The notes below the pieces were generated by a model. That model had not been told where the DNA came from. It made no database searches and worked only from the letters and a program-made list of their open reading frames with translations. DNA of 64,000 nt from assembly GCA_964276515.1 (NCBI GenBank), contig OZ193910.1:5952001-6016000 (forward strand), read 5' to 3'. Position numbers and translations under genes: made by a program. Of this stretch, positions 1 to 18,159 are shown piece after piece (the first letter of the stretch is position 1; each line of letters opens with the position of its first letter). Source of the DNA: Gordius albopunctatus (taxonomy: Eukaryota).

Positions 1-2
1 AC

Positions 3-6039
<6,037 letters not shown>

Positions 6040-6799
6040 AGAAATATTTATATAATGAAATAATTGTTCGTTAAAATTAGGCTAAACAATCGGATAAGAC
6101 TCGAACACTCATTTTAAAAGAATGCAAATACAAAATTATCGAATTAACGTAGCCAAAATTTATTGGATAAATTCTTTTATACAAATTGGATACACAAGTC
6201 GCATGACATAGTTAACGCATAGACTATTAGTCTATGATTTAACCTAACAAATGTAATGCTTCAAAGACAAAATAAATAAAATATAAATAAAAGTAAAAAA
6301 GGAATTTTTTATATGGATTCATCTTTTTAATTATACTTTTAACCTATTTATGACATGTATTTCATATTAAATTCTCAAATCTATAGATCTATCAATCCGT
6401 TAATTTTAATATGGACTAAAAGATACAAAATATATTCTGATAATTTGTAATTAAAGTAAAATGCATTTATGGGGATCTCTTTGAATAAGTTATAAATAAA
6501 AACGTGTGATACTAAGAATCCAACTCATATAAAATTGAGAACATAATGGATTTCAAAATTTTCTGATTATATGCTCACGACAGTTTATAGAGAAACTAAA
6601 AATTTTACCATCTGAAGTAAACATGGTTTGTTATAAAATCTATCGCTAGATAAATTAGCATATGAGTTGTAAAGGTAACCTTAAACGGGGCATTGTATCA
6701 TAATTTAATTTGCAATGATGATGAAGTTATTCAATGGAATAAAGTATTTTAATATTTTTTTATTTTATTTATGTTAATAAATTTTACTGCAATATGTTT

Positions 6800-7140
6800 A
6801 TATAAATATAAAGAAATTACATTTACGACTAAAAAACTTTAAGCCGCTAAAACTAAAAGGTTAGCATTGATCCGTGAATGGAAATCGTGTTAGATTTGAC
6901 GATAGCCATTGTAATATTTTGCCTGATAAAAAAGTACTTTTTAAAATCTAATGAGACGCTAGAGATCGCTTTTCCAATTTGCTTCAAGAAAGCGAGAGCT
7001 TCAAAGCCTAAGTTTCCGATTGTGTTTGCCACTACGGGAATCAATCTCGTGTCCGCGTTTCAATACCTAAGTTTTTTATATGGTTGCCATTACGAGAGTG
7101 AATACCTTGTCAACGCTCTCTATAATTCCGGTGTGTTAAT
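6800..7140 (-). mobile_element. 3' fragment of a restriction-like-endonuclease non-LTR retrotransposon (CRE-like)
   Basis: ORF 6853-7044 (IPVVANTIGNLGFEALAFLKQIGKAIS...FFIRQNITMAIVKSNTISIHG) follows the CRE-type C-terminal pattern P.a.eT.G.lG..a..fl..ig..........f..Q.is.ai.rgN. A second similar copy lies at ~51855-52010. Confidence 0.65.
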
Positions 7141-7877
7141 TTAAGAAATGTCAATAACAACTATTTCAAAAGATTAAACCATTGTAAGAATATGTATCCA
7201 TTTTTCTGTTATCGAGCGACTAACCGAAGGTTGTTCATCTCCTAAGGACTTGGATAAATTTTTACGAATGCTTGTTAATAAATCATGTTTTAAATTAAAC
7301 TTAAATTTTCATCCGGAAATGGAAAAATTTTAAAGAAGGAACATGACGTAACTCCATAGATAGTGAGCATAAGCAAGAAGATCATAGGCAAACAAGGACT
7401 TTAAGTCATGATGGTAAAAGAACAACAAAGGAGCCTAACTAATAGCTATCACCTCGACAAAGCTAAATACTTTGAGGACGAAAGATGACAAACAAATGAC
7501 AGTAGGAATGGCTTATCAAAGAGCTTTGTATGAGAGGATTATAAGCAATTTTTAGATCATTAATTCTTATGTTGTTATATTGATTTGTATGCTTGCTTTT
7601 AAGGTTTATTATATTTGACGTGAATAATTTACGGTCTAATTCAAGAGTTCATTTTTTATGGTTTAATACATCATAATCAAATCCTAGATTTATTGTATAA
7701 ACGTTTATATGTTTCATTGGGAATCCTAACAGTTTTAAACAATTAACTTCCTCATATTAATCGACGCTAAATATTAATTTATCTAATCGGTAAAATGTTA
7801 TCCTGCTTAGAAATTCAATGTTCTTCATAGATATATTATCGGGAATTGACGAAGGTGTTTAAAACAAATTATAATTA

Positions 7878-7916
7878 TTATAATATTTTGTCCTCATAGA
7901 GGACATCATCAGATAA
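7878..7916 (-). ncRNA. Degenerate minimal type I hammerhead ribozyme motif (Penelope-associated)
   Basis: Minus strand reads TTAT-CTGATGA-T-GTCCTC-TAT-GAGGAC-[A]AA-ATAT-T-ATAA. It has the CUGAUGA core, a 6-bp stem II, a palindromic stem III and a 4-bp stem I. G12 of GAAA is changed to A. Confidence 0.55.
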
Positions 7917-7949
7917 GGAAAATAAATTTAAATAAAATAGAATATAACC

Positions 7950-8090
7950 TAAATAGAATGTTCTTTTGGTAGTGATAAATTAATGTGTAACCAAGGGTAG
8001 AGAGGGGTACTCTTCCCATATCTTCATTTAGAGCGGAGTTAAGTCTTCTAATAAGGAAGGACTCTAACGTCTTCCTTTCGATAAAAATCT
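7950..8090 (-). mobile_element. Penelope-like element, C-terminal end of the GIY-YIG endonuclease
   Basis: Minus-strand translation ERKTLESFLIRRLNSALNEDMGRVPLSTLGYTLIYHYQKEHSI* resembles the PLE pattern R..lEs..I......LN.d.G..ls. It is followed by a hammerhead-like motif. Confidence 0.6.
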
Positions 8091-8831
8091 TCTAAAATAC
8101 TTAGAAATTTATTTTACCCATAGCAACTCTCTCTTTTGATATCCAGTCAGCTGGATCAAATTTCCCAACATAAATTTTGACTTATACTTTCAATCTATAA
8201 CTCCTTTTCATCTTTCGATTTTATGTTAAAATTTATCTTTTCTTTTCCTTAAGCTAATACCTTTTTGTTTAATCTTTGGAAGTTAAAGCAATTGACTTTG
8301 CTATTATGAAGATAAATTTTTAGCGTGTATTTTTCTAATATCTTCAATCTTCATATAAGGCCGCTTTAAATTTTGCTTGGCATTTCTTAACATATATTTT
8401 ATCTTATTGCTAGGCCCCTAATTTTTATCGTCTTTACTTTTGAACTACCTCCACGACATCAAGGAGAAACCCTACTCACCTACATTTTTGCCCCATGCAT
8501 TGAGTACCCAGGACGAGTTTGTCCTCCGCCCCGACATGTAGAGAATGTGTTGACGTTTTTTGTTGCCGAAAGAGTATAGAGGTACATTTATGATTCGTGC
8601 GAATCATATTTTGTCCCATACGTGAATTATTATTTTTGAAATGGCCCGTTAATGCGAAATTTTTCAATATTATAAAATTTTTGCAAGCGATATTTTGTAA
8701 GATATAATTATGTGAACTAAATGTATTGAGTAAACTCTTTATTTAATTATTGGTTTTATTATTTATTGTACTTAAATATTATAATTTAATAAAAAAAAGC
8801 ATTTTGTGGTATTTGTCTATTTATTTTTGAA

Positions 8832-10620
8832 CATTGTAAGACCGGCATTACTATCAGGGTTTCTTTCAGGGGCATGCCGGGGGGTATTATCCCCCCCCCA
8901 CCGAGAAATTTCAAATACCCCCCCCCCGGAGAATTTTGATTGAAGCATGATTTTGATTTGTCAATAAAAAAATATAAAATTGGAAAAATTAAATTTTTTA
9001 CAATTAAGGTGGAAATCATTCATAGACATCATTTTTTAACATCTGTGAACCCTAAACGAGTTTTTAATAGGCATTTTTTACAATCTTGAAAGTTACAAAT
9101 TATCTTTAATTAAAAAATATCAATAGATAAATAAATATAAATAAATGCTCTTAGAATTATTAAATGACTCTCTTACTTATAAACTTAAAAAGAATTATTA
9201 TTAATAATATATTCTATTGTTTGTTTTTATTGATATAATATGCTTATTTTAATTGCAGATGTCTGGTAAATATAAAAGTACTCTTTTACACTACTTTAGT
9301 AAAAAGGAAAAGCCTAATAAAAAGATGGTAAATATGATTTAATTTGGAATAATTTTAATTATGCAACTGTTCTGTAGAAAAAACTCTGGTTTGTTCCATT
9401 CAATGTTATAATGAAAAGGATGGTATTTATATTAATAACAAAATATTGGTCATTTTAAATGTATATTAACTAATGATAATTTGATTACAAGCATATAAAA
9501 AATATCTTTTTTGTCTAATCAATGATGTATTACGAAAAGGGGAGGATAATTCTGCAGAGAAACTGGTTTATTCCATAGATTGTCAAAATAAAAAAGATGG
9601 TATTTACATTTATATACACAAAATAATGTTTATAACTAATGATAATTATCTGTCATTCATTTAAATTCTGATATAGATAAAATATCTTTTTTATCTATTT
9701 GATTTTGAATTAGAAAAAGGCGAGAAGAGATAATATAAGTTAAAGGCAGATATTATTCTGCTTCCAGCAGTGAAATTCACATAAACTCTGAAAGAGGCAA
9801 GAAAGATTTTGGTTTAATAAAGAAGTATTATATATACTTTCATGTTTTAGGTCAAGATGAAAATTGTAATTCTGCTGGAGTGGGGAAAACTGTCTCTTCT
9901 TTTTCTTATGATAAAAATGATGGTAATTAAAATTATGCAAGTTGTTTTTATTTTATTAATATATATTGATAAAGATGAGTGTATTTGCAGCTCTACTAAT
10001 TTCTCAGTCTCTGAAAGTGAAAAACATGGGCAAAATTTAAAACTTAAACCATCATATAAATTTATGATTTCATGGACATCTAAATACAAATGGCTAATTT
10101 TTGATAAAGCCTTAGATGGGTCTTTATGCTCTGTCTGTTCTCTTTACAACAAAAACGATTTATTTATTCAACAAAAAACACTTATATCACTTGAAAATAC
10201 CCCCCCCCCCCCGAATATTTTTTCTGAAAGAAACCCTGATTACTATGTGGAAGTTTTATATGGGCAAAAACGCTACGGAAGAAATGTTATTACAAGCCGC
10301 AGAGATGAATTTTAAATCCTGGAGCTTGGAGTATAGTAGGCACCATATGAGGGAGTCTCAGGGCAAAAATGGACATTGAACCTATGGACTATGGTGGACT
10401 TGACAAACGAAAATCAGCTAAAGTTATATAATTAGAAGGAAAACGAATGGTGTAATAATAAATGAATTGGATATTAAGGTTCTAGGGAAGAGAGGAAGAA
10501 AACGACCTCGTGTTACGTGGAAAGGTCAAGTTGACAAAGATGTGATCACTAAAAAGAAGTTAATATATCGGACATGGCCCTTACTCGAACAAGTTAAAAT
10601 AAGCATATCAAAACAAACCT
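8832..10620 (+). mobile_element. Decayed RTE LINE 3' fragment split by the hAT insertion
   Basis: Joining the flanks gives IVRPALLCGS.. (compare IVRPVLLYGSETW at 33541-33942). 10470-10540 (GKRGRKRPRVTWKGQVDK) is close to the 33560-33640 copy. Confidence 0.75.
8855..10238 (+). mobile_element. Non-autonomous hAT DNA transposon (ZnF-TTF/ZMYM1-like transposase N-terminus only)
   Basis: Perfect 15-bp TIRs CAGGGTTTCTTTCAG / CTGAAAGAAACCCTG; 8-bp TSD ATTACTAT at 8847-8854 and 10239-10246. Internal peptide KFMISWTSKYKWLIFDKALDGSLCSVCSLY resembles the TTF-type zinc finger. Confidence 0.9.
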
Positions 10621-11065
10621 CAGTACTCTAGTAGGGCCATATAACAAAGAATAGGAATACCAAATATTGTACCCCTTATTTTCTTTGATAAATTTTTGCA
10701 CTTCTGCTTAGTAGTACCATTATTCCTTAAGATTTCTTATAACACGTCTACTTAAATCACCCTGCTGTTTTCATTGTGGAGTTCGTATCATTCCAAATAG
10801 CCTCACACTAGATATTCTGTAGATCAAAGCCTCATTTTTTTTTAATTATTATAAATTAGTCCCCCACCCTTTTATCGTCGTTACTCATTAAGCCCTCTAG
10901 CACCGAATGTCAAACGAGGCCAATATTACACTTGATGCGTCCTTTAATTTTTAAAGCTCCTTGAGTTAGGGTCATTAGACAAAATTAAATTAATTTTAGT
11001 AGCACGGCTTTGTTTGTTGTTAAAGGTTCATTCTCTTTTAAAGAAGTTAATTTCAATACTAAAAT

Positions 11066-11400
11066 TAGTGATGGGTAAATAGCGTTTTTAAGGAGCTAAA
11101 GCTATGGCACCCATATGCGGCTATGTCTACTAGCACATAGTCACTTTAAGTGCTATAAGCTATAGGAGATGGGAGTTTTGAGGCGCTAGAGCTATGGGAG
11201 GTTTGAGGTGCTATAAGCTATAGAAGTTGGGAGGTTTTAGGCGCTAAAGCTATAGCCGATAGCACTTAAATGCGCTTCTCCTATAGCACGGCGCAAACAT
11301 TGAGAATAATTTTTTTAATTGTTTATTAGATATTAAAATACAATAACATGAGTGAGTACGCACAAGTTTATATTATACTCTATTGTTTTCATTGGCGAAA
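11066..11400 (+). mobile_element. Diverged left end of the satellite-bearing hAT family, with 3-4 copies of the 33-bp repeat
   Basis: Starts TAGTGATGGG. Shares ctatgtctactagcacatagtcactttaagtgctataagctataggagatggg... and gctatagccgat.gcacttaaatgcgc with 40611-41260. Confidence 0.85.
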
Positions 11401-11915
11401 CGTTTGAAACTTCAATCGGAGGGGGGGGGGCAAAACCTATTTTTCCCACTTTTAAGGGTTTTTGCATTAAAAAAATTATTTTCCGTCATTTACTGGCTAC
11501 GCTCATGAGAATATACTTGCCAACCTTTCCATTATAATGTGAAAGTTTTATATCCTTCAAATATTGAACTAAAGTATTTATTGAATTCTCAGCAACGCGA
11601 GGGCGCGATAAAATTTCTTGTTTTTATAAATGTTACATTTTCCCTAGATTTTGTTTTCCACCAAAAAAAATAAAAAATTAATAATCACGAGAAGATAAAA
11701 ATGGTAATAATAAACGATCTATTTTTATCATAGAATGATTCATTACAATTTACGCGTATCACTAACCATAACTATAAGTGTATATGTGTGGGGGGGCCGG
11801 GGGGGGGGAATAAACAAAAACAAATAAGTTAGTCTTTTATGTGCACGCCGCGTTTAACTAGCGATTTTATAACAACACGATTACGGGGCGGAGGGAACAC
11901 CACAGAAATGTAATA

Positions 11916-12240
11916 CAGTCAAAACTTCTTAATCGCAAATCGGATTATCGCAAAAATCTTTTAATCGCGAAATTAACCGCCATTTTGTTTTTTTAACGAT
12001 AATATTAACAAAAACATCATTTATTGACAAATCGCTTAATAGTACAATATCGGATATTCACAAACATTTTCGAGTCCTTAAATCAACCAGATAATTATAT
12101 AAAATATCGTTTTATTGCGAAGCGTAAGAAATGAATATTTAATGTACATATACTTTTTCACCCGTCGTTTAATCGCGAAATATCGGTTAATCGCCAATTT
12201 TTTTCAGGCCCAAGGCTTTGCAATTAAACGGTTTCGACTG
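11916..12240. mobile_element. Tc1/mariner (pogo/Tigger-type) MITE
   Basis: TA-CAGTCAAAAC...GTTTCGACTG-TA termini and internal TTAATCGC repeats. Confidence 0.75.
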
Positions 12241-12249
12241 TATAAATGA

Positions 12250-12490
12250 AAAACAAATGCATAATGTGATTTGTCGCTAGAGTTCAGAGATGTGCCATGA
12301 TGATTTATACAATTAATTTTGGCCGACTCATGATTGCGTCTTTTCATTGGCACAAAAATCGCTGGGGTGCTCAAAAATTCTTTAGATATTTTAGCCAAAT
12401 TCCTATAATTACTTTGTTTAATAAACGTTTCAAAATATCATCACATCCGACACGATGGTGGAATTGTTGCGAAATTCCTAAAATTTAAAT
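12250..12490 (-). mobile_element. hAT C-terminal dimerization-domain remnant
   Basis: ORF AKISKEFLSTPAIFVPMKR resembles the hATC consensus lA.lA..yLs.Pa.Svp.ER. Confidence 0.45.
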
Positions 12491-12881
12491 TATACGCGGA
12501 TATAGATTTAGTGTTAATTGGGGCGTGGGGACTTAGTTGGTATGGTATAGGCTTTGTCTTTGAAAAGAGCTCGCCTGTTTAAATCCCACTTTCAGCACTT
12601 TCTTTCAAAAGATTTAAAATATATCACATCGAGGCTTGGATAGCCGAGCGTCACCCCTTCAAATTTCTAATGAAGCTGATTACCTTGTGTGACAAACAGC
12701 TATTGGATTTTTTTTATAGATTTAATATTAATCAAACTTGAATGTTTAAAAATATCCAACATGAAAGGATTCTCAATTATAATAATTTACATTTGATATC
12801 TAACAAAGTTTAATCACAGTGTAATACAATTTATCAAACTGATTTCTTACTCGTACTAGGATGATGAAAAAATGTGAAAGG

Positions 12882-13085
12882 TGATGAGATCAAACTTTAT
12901 TAATAATCATTTTATCGCTCACACAACGCGTGATAAACATATAAATACGATAAATAAAATCTCGCGTAATAAATAATATTATTGACGCTCGCTAACAACG
13001 AGAGATAGAGAGACAACGACCGTGTAAGCTACAAAGGGGTAGGGGGGAAGGGAGGGAGAAATAGAGAAGTGTAAACACCTCTCAA
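12882..13085 (-). mobile_element. Probable LTR in inverted orientation relative to the adjacent Gypsy pol
   Basis: Minus strand runs TTGAGAG...AATAAA...CTCATCA. Its first 7 nt match the sequence just after the PPT-TG at 16256-16264. Confidence 0.45.
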
Positions 13086-16000
13086 TGGGAAAGGGTCATC
13101 GAGCTAGACCTGGGGATGGAAGAGATTGAAGAGGGGATAAGAACGGTGCATGCGCCAGTAGGAGAAGCATTCGCGGTGGATACGTCAAGGGCGGGCCATA
13201 ACTTGACCAGGCTAACCCATGCTTTAGATATTTTAACTATCGATTTATATGTTAATAATAATTTGGTGCTATTTTTATTGGACACCGGGTCCTCGGTTAC
13301 GATGGTGACAAACAAGCTTTGGAGGGAGCCCCTACCAACCGTAGCAGAACTCACGCCCACCGTCTACTGATATGGGAACAGGAAATAAAAATAATCGCCG
13401 ATGTAAAGGTCGATGCCCGACTAGACCAGACACGGAAAATTCTGCTACTGCTAGTGGCTGACGCGAAGCGACCGTCATTTGATAAAGGAATTCGGGAAAG
13501 ATGTATGGGAACAGGTACGATGGAATTCGAGAGTAGCGATGGAGCGCTATTACGTGAACTTCATCGACGATCAAAGCGCGAGGGACCCGACGATAACTAT
13601 AAGCGACATCGATGATACGATTATACAGGTAACAATCCAGAAGAATGCGACTCCACGGGCGGTAAGGGGCATTGAAATCGATGTACCAATAGAAAATGGG
13701 GTCAAGTCGGTATTCATTTCCGCGCGTCGAGTTCCCTTAGCATAGAGAAGGGAGGTTGAGGAAGAGTTGGAGAAGTGGGTGAAGGATCACGTGAGGGTGC
13801 CAGTCAGGTATTCTCGTTGGTCAAGCACGTTGGTGCCAGTTCGAAAGAGTGAAGGAAAATTTAGATTTTGCATCGATTATCGCTTACGGTCAACAAATAT
13901 GCGCAAGGATTAATGTACCCTCTTCCCAAGATTTTTGATTTGCTCACAAAGCTGGAAAACGCATCGTACTTCACGAAAATTGATCTTGCAAAGGTGTACC
14001 ACCAATTAAGTGTGAGCTGGTAAACAAGCCTCTATCTAACAATTACAACTCACAAGGGACTTTTAGAATCAAGCGAATGCCGTTTGTACTTAATTGTGCG
14101 GCGGCCGTTTTCCAGAAAACGATGGATCATTTATTCGGGGGCATGGAAGGTGTAGTGGTATACATTGACGATTTATTGATAGTGGGGGATTCAGAGGAGA
14201 CCCACAACAGCCGATTGCATAAAGTGCTCACAACGTTGCACAAATGGGGCTTTACCCCAAATTTTTCCAAAACTGTAATTGGCGCTACACAAGTGACGTT
14301 CTTGGGATACCTCATCAGCAACAAGTGAACAAAGGTGAATGACGAGAAGTTTAAGGTGGTCGTCGAATTGGCACAGCTAACTAACAAGTCGGAAGTTAAA
14401 TCCTTTTTGGGGCTGACATCATACTTCACGAAGTTTATCAAAAACTACGCTCAGTTAATACAACCTATCCAAAGTTTAACAAAGGCGAACGTAGTCGTTC
14501 ACTGGGGTGAAGAGCAACAGTTAGCCTTCGGGAACATCAAGAGTGCGCTCGTTACCGCACCAGTTTGAGCCTGTTTCACTAGAGATTGGGAGACGGTGTT
14601 AGTGGTTGATGCGTCGGTAAAAGATCTCGAGACGATTGCAACAGCGACAGCCAGTTGGAGAGTGGAGAGTGGTGGGCTACGCATCAAGAGCCATAAGCGA
14701 GGTGGAGGGGCAATACTCTACGATCAAACTCAAGGCGTTGGCCGTAGTCTTCGGACTAAAGAAATTTACTGATTTGTTCAGGGAAGAGAGATCATCGCCG
14801 TTGATTTACGTATTTCATCAAAGCAAGAGAGGGAAAGAACAATGATCCCCTGGCCTTACATGGTAAGCGCTATTCGTATAGGGTTACGCGACCAAATTCG
14901 CTAACAATAAGGGTAAGAATAACGCTGCCGACTTTTTATCCAGGCGACCAAGTGAACATGCCTATCAAGTAGATGAAGAAGTGTTGGAGGATGCCCTGGA
15001 CTCATTCATTTTACTCTAGGTGGTCCGTGAATATACTCGCTTACAACAACTCAAAGAATGTATAAAGGGAACGCAGAATAACGCAGTAGTCGCGGGTACT
15101 ATGCGCCTCTACAAAAGGTACCTGCCGAAGTTACACGAGCCCAATGATGTTATATTCTACAAGGAACGACGGGTCATCATTCCAACCAGATTAAGGCACA
15201 TGGTGCTACAATGATTACACAATGGCCACGTAGGCTTAAAGCGGATGCAACAGGAAGCAGCTCCATATGTGTGGTGACCAACACTGATTCAGGATATGGC
15301 AAATCTAGCGAAAAGTTGCAGGGCATGCAACTACACGACCGCAGCACCAAAAAGGGCGCCGTTGATCAAGGGCAAACAGAACTTTAGGCCTTTGATCTAG
15401 GTACACGTAGATTTGTTTGGGCCGGTGCGCGGCAAATCGTATTTAGTAATGGCGGACAATAGAGCAAAATGTGTGAAGGTTTTTAAGTTAGAAGACATGT
15501 CAACCCCAACCATAATCACAAAGCTGGTTGAAGTGTTCGCCAGGTTCGGTAACGGACCAGTCCTCATATCAGATAACGGTCCGCAGTTTAGATGTCAAGA
15601 GATTCGAGGAGTTTGTAGGCGCAGGGGGATAAAACAAGGTTGGTCAGCACCATATCACCCCGCGTCAAATGGATTAGCGGAGAGGTACGTGCGGCTAGCA
15701 AAGGAGGCGGTGGTTCGCAACAAATCCGTTATTGGTTTAAGCCTATTCCTAGAAAATTACAGGGCTATAATCCACCCAGCGACGGGGATAACTCCTGCAG
15801 AAAAAATGTTAAGGCGGAAGATTCGAACAGAGTGGGATGTATTAAGGTTAATCGAACCTCAACATTGGATGGAAGGCGGAAATTCGTGAGTACGCATGTT
15901 TTTGGGGCCCAGCAAATGGGTAGAGGGATCTATAACACCCAAATTTGTTAGCCGCTCCTAAATAGTGTGGGATCATGGGAAAAGCACCACAGACACCTGA

Positions 16001-16264
16001 ATCAAATAAGAGAACGAAAAGCGCTTGATTGGACCAGTCTGAGTCAAGAGAACGGTTGGCCCAATAGGAATTCGCAAGAAGGCTCCCAACAGATAGTAGA
16101 AAAAGAAACGTTGGAGCGAAATCGAACGGGCTCAGGGGTATCGGGAACATTTAGCCAAAGCCGTAATGATACACCTAGGGATGAACCTAGATACCCACGA
16201 CTATTCGACCAACCCCTGGATATCTAAAGCATTATAGCTGTGAAAAGGGCGGAAGTGTTGAGAG
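13086..16264 (+). mobile_element. Decayed Ty3/Gypsy LTR retrotransposon pol (PR-RT-RNaseH-IN) with stops and frameshifts; gag missing
   Basis: Protease FLLDTGSSVT, RT MPFVL...VVYIDDLLI, RNase H DAS/YAS, integrase LISDNGPQF...SAPYHPASNGLAER, in Gypsy domain order. Polypurine tract AAAAGGGCGGAAG followed by TG at 16256. Confidence 0.93.
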
Positions 16265-16631
16265 TTAAAAAATTGTGATTACCTTTGTGTAATATTTCGA
16301 TTAATGTATCAATTTGTATTTTTTTATTCCTAGTGTGACAATATTAGTTTTGTATTTCCATTGTTCTTTTTCCCATTGTGCGAATTGTTGTGTTACGGTT
16401 TTTCTAACCTTGTAATTAAGTGTTGTTGGTGTCCTTCTTCCTTTATATTCCAATAGTATGATGGACAATAAAAATTTTTTAAACCATATAAAATCTCGTC
16501 TCATCCCGACATCAAAATTCTTTTCTCGATCTCGACTACAAAAATTAAAATAATAGGGCTCAAAACGTGGCTGATTAGCAAGTTAAACCTAAGGCCGCAT
16601 GCCACCAAGAAAATCCAAAAAACCAAGTAAC

Positions 16632-17171
16632 CATAGACTAATAAAACCATAGACTGCCGAACAGCTGATAATTTTTCATATATAGAAAGCGCCATTTTGT
16701 GGGAAATAGTAATCAAACAATAGATTTCAGCATAATTTATTGTTTTAATTTGCTTATTTTTTTAAATTATAAATTAAGCTATTAGTCTTATTTATTTTCT
16801 TCAATATTATATCTTGGAGAAGTATAAATATACCTCTTTTTGAGTTATTCCAACTCTTCGGCTACTTTTGGCAAAAAAGCATTAGCTTTTTCCCCCAAAG
16901 CTAAATACTCACCCAGCTTTATTTTACGCCAAAGAATCGGCATTTTGATAGCTAAATATAATTACAAATCTTTATCTGACACATGGCCCGTGTTGGCTAT
17001 TGACGAATGTTATGAATAATTTTTTTTATTTATAATATTATTTTATGCTCGTTTATTGTATATTTCATGTATCAATTTTACCGAATAAAAGCATTTTAAC
17101 ATTTCTTGTGACTGAATGATTTTAATAGTAAAAATCAGCTGTTCGGCAGTCTATGGTTTTATTAGTCTATG
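16632..17171. mobile_element. MITE with 38-bp TIRs and 8-bp TSD (hAT or P superfamily)
   Basis: TIR CATAGACTAATAAAACCATAGACTGCCGAACAGCTGAT and its reverse complement at 17134-17171; TSD CAAGTAAC on both sides. Confidence 0.9.
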
Positions 17172-18044
17172 CAAGTAACACGCTATTTTCTGCAAATATT
17201 AAAACTCTATTTGAAAATAACATGCCGTTCCTACAGCGATCCCTATTTATAATTACATTTTGTTTAACATTTTAAAATTTAATTATTGGGTTTTCAAATA
17301 AAAAAAAATACATCACAAATAGCGGCTATAACTTAAAAGAATAATGTAATAAACAATACACAAAACTTACAAAAATGTTTGAATTAATGAGGTAAAAAGG
17401 AGTCGTCATCATTTAATTGTGTTACCTATCTCTGATTTAGGTTACCATAGAAAATTTTAGGCATACAATTTATTTAAAAATTATAGTAAATTTTGGTCTT
17501 GGGTAGGATCAAAATAAAAAAGAAGTTTTAACTGTAGGTCGTGCTAGGACAGCTCTATTTGAAATTACTATAGGACAAAGTTTTTACGAAAGCATGTATT
17601 CTTTATGAATATTTACTCAAAATTCAAAATAAATGAATAAAAGCAGTAGATACACTTTTTCCAGTCTATCAGAACTCACCTTAGTAATAAAATAAGTTAG
17701 AATATGAATATTGCCTATAAAACACCTAACCAAATGGATTTGAGATATTATTAAGAGCTAAGTAATCCTATTGCAAGACAAAATGAAAAAATATAAATCA
17801 GAAAATTAATGGTCTAAGTTAATTTAAGAATTAATAAATAAGATTATTATATCAATTTTAAAATAATTTGAGTCGAATATCAAATTTTAGCCTAGGGAAC
17901 TAAAGGGCCAACTTTTTTTCTTGTGGGGATAAGGGGGGGGGGTCAAAGAGGCCAAGATTTTGCTCTTGGTGGGTAGGGGCTTTCCTCCTCTCCCCCACCC
18001 TAGCTGACAGCGCAGGTTCTGACAACAGACCTGTGCTTATTCCA

Positions 18045-18159
18045 GGTGGCCCGTCAACTTGCCGAAAACCATCTCTCCGAATTTAATGTCTCCTGGTTAA
18101 AAAAAGGTCGGAGGACATTAAATTCGGCGAGATGATTTTCGGCGAGTTGATAGGACACC
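18045..18159. repeat. ~115-bp imperfect palindrome / hairpin MITE upstream of THADA
   Basis: GGTGGCCCGTCAACTTGCCGAAAACCATCTCTCCGAATTTAATGTC pairs with GACATTAAATTCGGCGAGATGATTTTCGGCGAGTTGATAGGACACC. Confidence 0.8.

Noticed and set aside
11758..11764. ATCACTA as the right TIR of the element starting at 11066
   Set aside because: The flanks (ACTAAAAT vs ACCATAAC) do not form a TSD and no subterminal repeats precede it.
12520..12600. tRNA gene
   Set aside because: A- and B-box-like words are present but no convincing cloverleaf; at most a decayed SINE head.
13082..16150. Minus-strand ORFs over the Gypsy region
   Set aside because: Antisense shadows of pol with no recognisable motifs.
17375..17391. 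ATGTTTGAATTAATGAG|GT as the first coding exon of THADA
   Set aside because: The phase-2 donor does not fit the nearest acceptor at 18497; it could be a UTR exon but is unsupported.
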